A stretch of DNA of 32,000 nucleotides, taken from Edaphobacter aggregans (lineage in GTDB: Bacteria > Acidobacteriota > Terriglobia > Terriglobales > Acidobacteriaceae). The position numbers were made by a program, and so were the translations under genes. Location of the stretch: positions 5,730,001 to 5,762,000 of the forward strand of contig NZ_RSDW01000001.1 of the NCBI RefSeq assembly GCF_003945235.1, written 5' to 3'. This document shows positions 8,920 through 17,344 of the stretch, piece after piece. Numbering within the stretch: the first letter of the stretch is position 1; the number at the start of each line of letters is the position of its first letter. The notes beneath the pieces are model-generated. The model was not told the DNA's origin and ran no database searches. It saw only the letters and a list, made by a program, of their open reading frames with translations.

Positions 8920-10164
8920 TCAGGCTGCTTCAGCGTAGAACGGAACGTCCGGTTCTTGTGTGACCTAGATACGATGGAGCAGAACGGCAAGCTTGCAGGC
9001 GACAGCGACGATGGCTCGGTTGCGTGACTGCTTGCCTCCGCGTTCGGCCAGGTGAAGGCTCCAGCGTCGCAGCGTGGAGTCTTTTCCTGGTGGTCCGAGA
9101 ACATGGTTCCCGCACTCGACCAGCAGAGATCGCAGGTAAACGTTGCCGGCCTTGGTGATCTCGAGTTGTGGATCGCGGTCACCAGACTGGCTTCGTCTGG
9201 GCCGCAGGCCGAGATAGCATCCTACGTCCCGACTTCGCTTGAAGCGCTGCTTGTTGCCCCACGTCAACACATAGGTCAGAGCCGTTAAATCGCCTACGCC
9301 GTAGACCTTGATCAGTGCCTGAGTCTCGATGTAATCGGTCTCAGTGAGTTGATTGACGAGACGATCGTAGTGCTTGATCTTCACCGTCAACGAGGCGATC
9401 TGTTCGAGCACCGGGCCAAGTGCCTGCACAAGTCCAGGCGGCAGCACCTCCACGCACCGCTTCGCAAAACACAGCGTGGAGGAAGCGGGCAGGCGATAGC
9501 CGCAAGGCTTCGCGAGACCCCGCACCGCGTTCACTGCCGCCGTGCGCAGGCGGACCAGCAGGTTGCGAGCCCGGATTAGAGTAGCGCCTCCTGTTGCGCA
9601 ATGGTCCGGTGCGAGATCGGCCGAAGGATCTTCGGGTCCATGCGAGCAAATCGTGCCAGCTTCTCCGCATCCGCTTGGTCGCTCGTGCGATCACTGTGAG
9701 AAATCGCTCGCAGCTCGCGCACGTTCGCCCCCAGCACTTCGTGACCCAACTCCTGCAACTGCTCGCTGATCCAGATCGAATGCGTTCCCGCTTCCATCGC
9801 GATCCGGGTGCGTGGCAGATCAGTAAACCACTTGTCGACGCAGGCGGTTGTCGTTCGGAACCGCCCGCGGTCGACGACTTCGCCGTCCTGGTTGAGCGTG
9901 CAGTAATGACTCCAGACATCCCCAAGCTCGATCCCGATCGTCATCTCGACCTACGAGCTGCTGCCTGGTACTTCAGCGATGAGGTGCTGCGTGGGCTTTT
10001 CATGGGAACAGTCTCTCCGATCTGATGGACCTGCTCATCCCATTTATCTGGAGCAATTCGCCTCACCACCGGATTACGGGTGACCGAAAACAACCTGATT
10101 ACTTCCTGGTTGACGACTACACTTACGGAACTTGGAAAAGGCCAACATCACTACCCGCATGGAG
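8920..10164 (-). mobile_element. IS110-family insertion sequence (decayed copy); boundaries approximate
   Basis: The element carries the broken DEDD-type transposase listed below. It is bounded on the right by the stop of the receptor pseudogene (10165-10167) and on the left by the end of the extended transposase frame (8920). No terminal inverted repeats were seen, as is usual for IS110. The true ends are not determinable from one copy. Confidence 0.55.
8965..9944 (-). pseudogene. IS110-family (DEDD) transposase, frameshifted and with a premature TAG
   Basis: N-terminal piece 9576-9944: MTIGIELGD..AMEAGTHS..RTSDQADAEKLARFA (DEDD/RuvC-like). C-terminal piece 8965-9534: YGVGDLTALTYV..ITKAGNVYLRSLLVECG..AVACKLAVLLHRI. 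The frame breaks near 9573: ..QQEALL* continues in another frame as TLIRARNLLVRLRTAAVNAVRGL. The TAG at 8965-8967 sits where the family has HR[ILM]W. The frame then continues VTQEPDVPFYAEAA* to 8920. Confidence 0.85.
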
Positions 10165-12982
10165 CTAGAAGAACAATCGACCTCCTATTTGCCAGTTGCG
10201 CGGCAGTTGCTGGGGCCGTCGTTCGGCCAAATGTGCTATTTGCCAGGTTAATGTCAAACGCAGTGAGATTCACACGGTTGAAAAGATTGAAGAACTCGAA
10301 GCGCACTTGGAAGGTAAGTCTTTCAGTAATCTGAGTGTTCTTGTATACGTTCACGTCAGTCTCGAAGAAATTGGGCGAACGGAAGGGGTTGGCCTTCTCG
10401 TTTTCTTGCGTTCTACGCGCGTCAATTCCAGCTTTGGCTCTATCGGATACACGACCAACGACCGTCGCAGCAACTACCAGAGCGTTTATTTTGAATTCAA
10501 AGGTCGTTTCGCTCGTGGCGGCTTCTTCGATGCCTCGTACACGCGTTCTAGCTCGAAGGACAACGCGTCAGCTTATCCAGCGCGGCGATTTCAGGTAGGG
10601 GTTAATCGCTCCAATCCCGAAATTCGCTCCGACAATACCGCCCTGAGAATTCAGGCATCCATTGGAACCAAGCGTAGGACAGAGCGGCGATCCGGCCAGA
10701 GGAGGATAAGTAAATCCGAATGGGGCTTGCCACCAGTCCCCAGAATGAATAACGGCGGAGTGGCCGTTCCCTGGGTAAAGGTTGGTGTGATCGGGCTAGG
10801 TGGACTGCCGCGAAATTCCTCCTGGACGTTGGCTTGAGTCAGCCAGTTGTTGAACAAGCCGACTCCACCACGTACAACCGTTTCGCCCCGTCCCGTAACA
10901 TCCCAGGCCACACCACCGCGAGGGCTCCACAGGTCATTGAGAGAGTGCTTGAGGGCTTTTTGGGTTGCCTTGGTGAAGCCGTTCGCCACCTGCTCTTGAA
11001 ATGTCTGCCCCGGACCGAGATAGAAGTTTGCGAAGACCGTAGTTGGGCTCTTCGACCAGGGGTTGCCTTCATTGTCCCAGCGCAGTCCTACGGTAAGGGT
11101 AAGATTCTTCCGCGCCTTCCAGGTATCCTCAGCAACCCCCCCCACGTGCGGGAAGCCGCGTCCCAGGACCAAAGCACAGGTTTGCCCGCGATCGGGTCAT
11201 ACATCACGTGGTTCTGGCTGGTGGGAGCATCCTGGGCAAGAGTCAGCAGGTTATTGAAGTTGAATGTAGGTTGGGACCATGGTCCTTCGAAGTTCTCCAC
11301 ATCGTCGCCATACCAACCTTCAATGCCGAATTTAAGAGTGTGTGTGCCGCGCACGTGGGTCAACACATCACGCCAGTGATAGTTATGCTGAATGAAGTCT
11401 CCCTGTGCGAAGCCAACACCAAATGCCTGGCCGCACTCGGTATTGACGCCCGTAACCGTAATTGAAGGAACTGAGTAGACCTTTTGCTCCGCTGCCCAGA
11501 ACACCCTCTACCCTGCTAGCTCCAAAGATGGCCTCATTGATCGTTGTCTGAGAAAAGTTGTGCCCCCAGTTGATCTGAAAAGCGCGTTGCCAGTTGTTGT
11601 TCAACGTCGAAAACGCAGGGATGGCGGAGGCCGCACCGTAAGTTAGCACAGTGCGATAAAAGCTGCCATAGATTCGGTCGTTCTTGAAGTACTTATCGGC
11701 GCGCACGAAATACTGCGTCCCATCACGGATCTGTGGGGCGCTGAAACTGCCCTGATCCACAAGCGGCAAATTACACGGAAGGTTGTTGGTCGAAGGGGTG
11801 CCGCATCCGAGGATGCTCGACCCGGTGGATATCGCTGATGCCGCTTACATTGGTGGGTAGATAAGTAGAGAGAATATGCGTGCCCACGGTATTCGGGTAG
11901 TTCTGACTAGCCCATGCAATGAATTGCGGGTCAGCAAAGGTAATCAGCGAATTCGTGGACAGTGTGGAGCGCAAGGGCTCCGCCCCGAAGAAGAAAAAGA
12001 ATTGATGGTGAGGGATAATCGGCCCGCCGATCGAGGCCGACATGTTTGTGCCATGGAATGGCAGGTATTTCGGAGCTGAGAAGTGTGTACGGGCGAACAT
12101 GTTCTGGTAGTAATACCAGGCCGCCGCCGAGCCATAGAACGTGTCCGTACCCGATTTTGTTGTCATCACGGCCTGTACACCAGTTGCGCGGCTGAACTCG
12201 CTTGAGTACGTGTTGACCTGGACGCTGGTTTCCTGGATAGATTCCGGATTTGGTGTGAGGTTCAGGACACCCTGCCGAATTCCGCTGGTGACATCGAGAC
12301 CGTCAATCACATACATATTCGACATCTGACCTTGGCCGTCGGCGCTGGCGTCAACCTGAGTTTCGGTGGAGTAGTTGTCCACATCCGAACCCGGAGTGCC
12401 GGCCTGGCCGGACTGTCCGCCGCCCATTGTGCCCAGACCGGAAACGCCGGGAGTCAGTGTAGTCAAAGTGACGAGGTTGCGGCCGGGAACGGGTAACTGA
12501 GCGACGGCGCTGTTTTGCAGTGTCAACTGATTGCGGCTGTCCGCCGCATCAACCACTGGGGTCTCCCCAGTGACGGTAATGGGTTCGGTGACTGAACCAA
12601 CCTTCAATCTCAGGGAAATGCTGAGGTTCTGCTAGGTCAGAAGGTCTACTCTGGACTCGGTCTTGGCGAACCCCGTGGCTTCTACCGTAATCGTATACGT
12701 GCCGGGAGCGAGACTCAGGGCGTGCTGGAAAGCAGCTAGGGCCTCCTTCTTGCGGCCCTCTCCGGAAAGGGCTACACCCTGCAGAGACCACAGGCGGGGA
12801 TCTTTGGAGGACCGTTCGAGCGCGGGTTGAAGCAGCCGCAGCGCCTGTTCAAATTGCTGAGCACGTAACGCTGAAATGACCGCGGACACTGAATCGTTTC
12901 CAGTTTGCGCCCGAACACCAGAAAGGAAAACAAATAGGAGTGCGAGCAGCGCGAAATCGATAGGCAGTCGTATCCTCGACAT
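10165..12982 (-). pseudogene. TonB-dependent receptor pseudogene (in-frame TAG, at least 4 frameshifts, internal inverted piece, chimeric N-terminus)
   Basis: Receptor-like pieces run N to C on the minus strand in different frames. 12982-12632 is followed by TAG at 12629-12631. 12607-11771 is in the same frame and has plug motifs PGRNLVTLTTLTPGV, NMYVIDGLDVTSG, TKSGTDTFYGS. A frame change lies near 11835 (..ISTGSSILGCGTPSTNNLPCNLPLVDQG..). Further pieces are 11769-11383, 11504-11088 (HTLKFGIEGWYG) and 11172-10651 (LTLTVGLRWD, SPRGGVAWDVTGRGETVVRGGVGLF). Then come NPYLKSPRW near 10575-10610 and ANPFRSPNFFETDVNVYKNTQITERLTFQVRFEFFNLFNRVNL. The true C-terminus, PRNWQIGGRLFF*, is reached only after another frame change near 10200. 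Confidence 0.85.
10425..10590 (+). other. Receptor-barrel segment in opposite (plus) orientation inside the minus-strand receptor pseudogene; apparent local inversion
   Basis: Plus-strand translation (part of track ORF 10196-10837) reads VNSSFGSIGYTTNDRRSNYQSVYFEFKGRFARGGFFDASYTRSSSKDNAS. This is the same conserved barrel motif as TNYNGLQVDITRRW..NYTYSKCLGNARD in the intact paralog at 910-4512. It lies exactly where the minus-strand gene should carry that motif, between PYxxxW and NPFRSPNFF. Confidence 0.55.
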
Positions 12983-13013
12983 CGTGGCTCCCCCGCTCCA
13001 GAAGCCGATCCTC

Positions 13014-15878
13014 CTAGATCCACACCTTTGAGTCAATGGACGGTCTGGATCCTGGCGCCAAATCTCTCTCCGTATCCCTAGGGTATTCGTGTGGCGATGT
13101 CACTCGGTTCATGCGTGCGAAATTTGGGACCGCCAGCATCGGCGAGCCATCCTCCCACTGACCTGAAATCACCATCACACCGCCGAGAAGATCTGCACGC
13201 CACTCCGCCCGTAGTGGTGCGTTGCCGGGTTTCTGTTCGATCGTGCCGTTGTCCTTCGTTTCGACGTTGTAGACGAGCGGTCCGTATTTCAAGGCCACCA
13301 AGTCCTGGTCTGCCTTGACGTGGCTGTCGGCGACCACCCGTTGTGGCTCAATCGGCAATTCCAGATCGATGCGGTCTCCAGCCTTCCACTCACGTGTCAC
13401 CACGGCATAGCCCTTGCGAATGACCGGCATCTGCTCTTGCCCATTGACTGCAAACCGCTTCACGCCCCGAACGCGAGGCGATTCTTTGTAGAGCTTGCTC
13501 GTGGTTCGGTCCGGGATTCGCACATAGACCGAAAAGGTCTTAGCCTCCTCTGGATTTACGACGATCGAAATCGTCCCGTGCCAGGGGTATTCCGTTTTCT
13601 GTACGACTTCAACGTTGGTGCCCGCAACCTTACCAACATGAATGCGGCTCCCGACGAACATGTTCACGTAGAGCCCGTCGCTGCTCTTCACGTAAGTCCA
13701 AGTCGGAATCATGAGCAATGTGCGTGCTATGTTGCCAACGCAGCAGGGGCACACATGCCACTTGGCTCGCTCTGTGTTTACGAGCGGATTGGTATAGCAG
13801 TAGCTTTGTCCATCGAGCGCAAGTCCGCCGAGCAGAGCGTTGTACATCGTCTGTTCGTAAAGATCTGCGTACTTCGCGTCATGGTATGCCAGATTGAGCT
13901 TGTATTGGAAAAAGACAAGTCCGCAGCTTGAGCAGGTCTCACAGTAAGCTTCGTTGCGCAGTGAGTAATTTGGTCCAAAGCCCTCAGATGTCTCGCCGCT
14001 TCCGATACCGCCTGTCAAATAGTACTTCTTATTGACCATGTTGTCCCAGAGCGAAATCACCGCGCTCTGGTAGTCGTGGTCCTGGGTTTCGGCTGCGATA
14101 TCCGCCATGCCTGAGTAGAAATACGTGGCGCGCACGGCGTGGCCAACCGCCTCATACTGCTGGCCAAGAGGTAAGTGGCTTTGGTCATACTCATTCCCGC
14201 CGCGACGCGAGTCGAGGAGAAATTTTGCGAGAGAGATATACGCGTCTCCACGATGATTCTCCTCCTGATCATTGACGAATCGGCCGAAGCGTACCAATGC
14301 CTGCTCCATCTCCTGGTGTCCGTCGAACCATTCCTTCTTACCGGGCCCTATGTTCGCAGCCCAGCAGTCCGCCAGCTTCTTCGCGGCGTTGTACAGGCGA
14401 AGGTCTTTGCCGTCTGTGAGTGTGTAATGGTTGATCGCCGACTCGATGAAGTACCCTGAGACATACCCTTCATGATTGCCGCGATGCTCAGGCGACCAGC
14501 GCTCCGGCCACTCCTTGCGGTCGGCCAAAATGTAAGCGGTTTGTAGGTAGCCATCCGGCATCTGTGCAGCAAGAATGACCGGAATCCAGCGCTCTAGGGT
14601 CGCGCGCATCAGTTCCTGTGCCTTGACTATCTCCGGATCGCCCTGTGGGTCAACCATGAGAGCGATACACATGGACTCAACCGTCTGGTGTACCCAAGCG
14701 TTCGAGAAGACATAGCCCTTGTGCCTACCATGGGGCTCGCCACGGTTCGCCTTGCTTGCCTCGATGAAGTTGTCGATTCCGCCGTCACCTCGCATCGCAG
14801 GAATATCGGTTCGCTCGCACATCGCGATGCAATGTGGAATCCAGTTCACAATGAGAACCTTCGCGCGTTCTCTCCAGAGTTGGCCGTCGATCGAGTACTT
14901 CCGCGTGTAAACCACGTTGAGTCGGTCGGCAGGAGGAGTCGGTTCCACATGCACGCCAATCGTCCGCATAGGACCTTTGCTACCGGTAGCCTGTAGCGCC
15001 AGCGTGTAGTCGCCGGGCTGCGTGAATGTCGCAGTGGTCAACATGGAAGACGAATCGGCAAAGGCCACTGCGCCCGGTCCTGTAGTCTTGACCCAGCGGG
15101 CCTTGTTCCTGCTTGAATCTTCGAGCCAGGTCACTTTACCCGAAAGGAAGGTTTGGCCGTTGCTCACAACGGAGCGGTCCACGCCGGCATCAACCACTGG
15201 CGGAAGTGACGGAATGGGGCCGTAGTTGAAGACTTTCCATTCAAGGATTCCTGCCGGCCGATCGGGCTGAGGTACCACCTCGATCCGCAGTTTGCTTGTC
15301 TTCACAGGTTCAAAGGTTGTCGCATTGAACGTGTCAAGTGCGATGCCAAGACCCTCAGGCTGAGGAACCGGAACGAACTCACTTCCATTCCAATAAAGAA
15401 TCCTGTAACTCTCGGGTGCCGCAATCCGGTAGACGTAACTGCCCGGCAATTCGCCTGGCCTTGGGCGATCGACAGCCCAATAGATATCGACTTTGTTTAT
15501 GTTGACTGGTTCGCTCCAATCGTACTGAACCCAGCCTTTGCGGCTGCCAGTCGAAGGCTCTGCCCATACTGCATAGTGCGCGTGAGAGCGGTCTAGTGAG
15601 TTCGTTGGAGTGAAGCCGTCATTCAGGGCAGATATCTTGTTTTCGCTCGCCATCGTCAGGCTCGTCGGAACAGCAACACGCGCAACGTTGAGAGCACTTT
15701 CAGGAGCCTGTGCAAACGCAGTGCTTGTCGACAGCGCGGTCAGAACAGCGGTACCCCCGAGCCCTACCAGGAATTCTCGACGGCTCGGCTCGAGCGATGA
15801 ATCATCTTTTAGCGAATGTGAGATCAGATTCTCTGGGATATCTGAACACCGATTCCGATTCATGAGTGACTCCTGCAA
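13014..15878 (-). CDS. Secreted GH127-family glycoside hydrolase (beta-L-arabinofuranosidase / DUF1680 type) with N-terminal discoidin-like and Ig/PKD-like domains
   Basis: Uninterrupted 954-aa ORF. Twin-arginine signal SRREFLVGLGGTAVL. Discoidin/F5-8C-like part: SENKISALNDGF..GWVQYDWSEPVNINKVDIYW..KLRIEVV..GILEWKVFN. Ig/PKD-like part: VVDAGVDRSVV..GPGAVAFADSS..TTATFTQPGDYTLALQATG. GH127 core: HEGYVSGYFIESAINHY, ETCSSCGLVFFQYKL, YTNPL..RAKWHVCPCCVGNIARTL (Cys-rich zinc site). An alternative start exists at 15863. Confidence 0.85.
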   Translation of the reverse strand: MQESLMNRNRCSDIPENLISHSLKDDSSLEPSRREFLVGLGGTAVLTALSTSTAFAQAPESALNVARVAVPTSLTMASENKISALNDGFTPTNSLDRSHAHYAVWAEPSTGSRKGWVQYDWSEPVNINKVDIYWAVDRPRPGELPGSYVYRIAAPESYRILYWNGSEFVPVPQPEGLGIALDTFNATTFEPVKTSKLRIEVVPQPDRPAGILEWKVFNYGPIPSLPPVVDAGVDRSVVSNGQTFLSGKVTWLEDSSRNKARWVKTTGPGAVAFADSSSMLTTATFTQPGDYTLALQATGSKGPMRTIGVHVEPTPPADRLNVVYTRKYSIDGQLWRERAKVLIVNWIPHCIAMCERTDIPAMRGDGGIDNFIEASKANRGEPHGRHKGYVFSNAWVHQTVESMCIALMVDPQGDPEIVKAQELMRATLERWIPVILAAQMPDGYLQTAYILADRKEWPERWSPEHRGNHEGYVSGYFIESAINHYTLTDGKDLRLYNAAKKLADCWAANIGPGKKEWFDGHQEMEQALVRFGRFVNDQEENHRGDAYISLAKFLLDSRRGGNEYDQSHLPLGQQYEAVGHAVRATYFYSGMADIAAETQDHDYQSAVISLWDNMVNKKYYLTGGIGSGETSEGFGPNYSLRNEAYCETCSSCGLVFFQYKLNLAYHDAKYADLYEQTMYNALLGGLALDGQSYCYTNPLVNTERAKWHVCPCCVGNIARTLLMIPTWTYVKSSDGLYVNMFVGSRIHVGKVAGTNVEVVQKTEYPWHGTISIVVNPEEAKTFSVYVRIPDRTTSKLYKESPRVRGVKRFAVNGQEQMPVIRKGYAVVTREWKAGDRIDLELPIEPQRVVADSHVKADQDLVALKYGPLVYNVETKDNGTIEQKPGNAPLRAEWRADLLGGVMVISGQWEDGSPMLAVPNFARMNRVTSPHEYPRDTERDLAPGSRPSIDSKVWI

Positions 15879-15947
15879 ATCTCTGCCGCTGCCGGGAATA
15901 ATAGTATTCCAAGGCCACCATGGTAAACGTTTGCTGGGAGTAGTAGC

Positions 15948-16345
15948 CTAAGGTCTCTTTGACCTCTCCCAATCTCGCACGTTTGGGAGGAGTTTCCAAT
16001 GGCAGGAATGCTGCACCAGGAAGGGGCTACGAGCTACCAGCTTCCGCGTTCCACAGAGAGGTGGGGTCTTAGATGATGGAACTCGCATAAAGCCTCCAAT
16101 AGCGCTCTGTTTGAGGCTCGATGGCTTTGTGCAAAGTGATAAGTCGCGCGATCCTGCTTCATGCTTAACAATCAGCCGATAGAAAGTGCAGTTAAACTCG
16201 AATATCTCATAGGGCTGTCCATGACCCTGTGTGATATCAGATAGACTCGTCTTCAACTTGCGAAGCTGCACGGAGAGTGTCTTACACTCCGAAACCGGCA
16301 GGGCTGCGACCCGCGTCGGGTAATGGCTTCAAGACACTTGACTCA
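15948..16345 (-). pseudogene. Possible LysR-type regulator remnant divergent from the hydroxyproline operon (weak)
   Basis: Minus-strand frames give ..VKCLEAITRRGS.. and then, in another frame, RVAALPVSECKTLSVQLRKLKTSL. These resemble the LysR helix-turn-helix pattern LxAFxAVARxGS..RAAxxLxVSQxxLSxQIRxLExxL. The rest (..EIFEFNCTFYRLIVKHEAGSRDL) is only vaguely LysR-like, and the substrate-binding domain is absent. Confidence 0.25.
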
Positions 16346-16392
16346 TGTTACGTATTCAGAATAGTCGACAAATTGTTGCTATACTGCCGCAA

Positions 16393-17343
16393 ATGGCTCA
16401 GCTGCAAATTCGTCATGTTATTGACTCGCATACGGAAGGAGAGCCGACCCGGGTTGTGATCTCTGGCGGTCCTGACCTTGGAAAAGGCCTTCTTTCTGAC
16501 CGTCTTTACCGTTTCAGGACAGAGTTTGATGGCTTTCGATCAGGGAGTGTGTGTGAACCTCGCGGATCAGAGGCGATTGTAGGAGCGCTGCTGGAGGAAC
16601 CGATCAACAGGGCAGCCTGCGCGGCAGTGATCTTCTTCAATGATGTGGGTTATCTCGGGATGTGCGGGCACGGCATGATTGGATTGGTTACCACGCTGCA
16701 ATACATGGGTCGTATTGGGCCTGGTTTGCACACTATTGAGACCCTGGTAGGAGATGTCTGCGCGCATCTGCACGAAGATGGAAGCGTTACTGTAGCTAAT
16801 GTTCCCGGCTACCGGTATCGGGCCGCAGTCTCGATTGATGTGCCGGAATATGGCAGTTTTAGTGGCGATATCGCATGGGGCGGCAATTGGTTCTATCTGA
16901 TTGAGAAGCATCCGTTTAAGCTAACGGTTGCGAATCGCCATGAACTGGTTTCGGCAGCGACCGCCATTCGCAATGCCCTCCAGGCTGCAGGCATTACAGG
17001 TTTAGATGGCGCACACATCGACCATATCGAATTTTTTTCGAACCCCGTGAATCCAGAGAACTCCTCGCGAAACTTTGTTCTCTGTCCTGGCGCGTCATTT
17101 GACCGCTCACCATGTGGGACGGGTACGAGCGCAAAAATGGCGTGCCTGCATGCAGATGGTCTGCTTCAGCCCGGGGAGTTGTGGCGGCAGGAGGGGATCC
17201 TGGGTACGGTCTTCACTGGTACTGTGCAGAAGGCCGCCAACGGTGCGGTACACCCGAGCATTCGTGGACGCGCGTGGATAACTGGAGAGACGAAATTACT
17301 GTTCCATCAAGATGATCCGTTCGCACAGGGTATCCGGTTCTGA
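16393..17343 (+). CDS. 4-hydroxyproline 2-epimerase (proline racemase family, Cys/Cys type)
   Basis: ORF 16345-17343. The likely start is MAQLQIRHVIDSHTEGEPTRVV at 16393. Both catalytic cysteine motifs are present (GYLGMCGHGMIG and DRSPCGTGTSAKMA). That favours an epimerase or racemase over the Cys/Thr dehydratase branch. Confidence 0.85.
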   Translation: MAQLQIRHVIDSHTEGEPTRVVISGGPDLGKGLLSDRLYRFRTEFDGFRSGSVCEPRGSEAIVGALLEEPINRAACAAVIFFNDVGYLGMCGHGMIGLVTTLQYMGRIGPGLHTIETLVGDVCAHLHEDGSVTVANVPGYRYRAAVSIDVPEYGSFSGDIAWGGNWFYLIEKHPFKLTVANRHELVSAATAIRNALQAAGITGLDGAHIDHIEFFSNPVNPENSSRNFVLCPGASFDRSPCGTGTSAKMACLHADGLLQPGELWRQEGILGTVFTGTVQKAANGAVHPSIRGRAWITGETKLLFHQDDPFAQGIRF

Positions 17344-17344
17344 G

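Noticed and set aside
10196-10837. 213-aa plus-strand ORF as a genuine gene
   Set aside because: Only its middle part (about 10425-10590) is protein-like, and that part is a receptor-barrel fragment. The remainder is antisense to minus-strand receptor pieces. It is best explained as an inverted fragment, not a gene.
16271-16291. The 12-mer CGGAGAGTGTCT upstream of the Hyp operon is identical to the core of the TetR operator arm at 26159-26170 and is itself part of an imperfect hairpin (CGGAGAGTGTcttACACTCCG)
   Set aside because: It is tempting as a second operator linking TetR to the Hyp operon. However, a single 12-nt match between two intergenic regions of this size is roughly what chance predicts, the second half-site is imperfect (2-nt bulge), and it lies inside the putative LysR remnant. 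It is worth a genome-wide motif count but is not claimable here.
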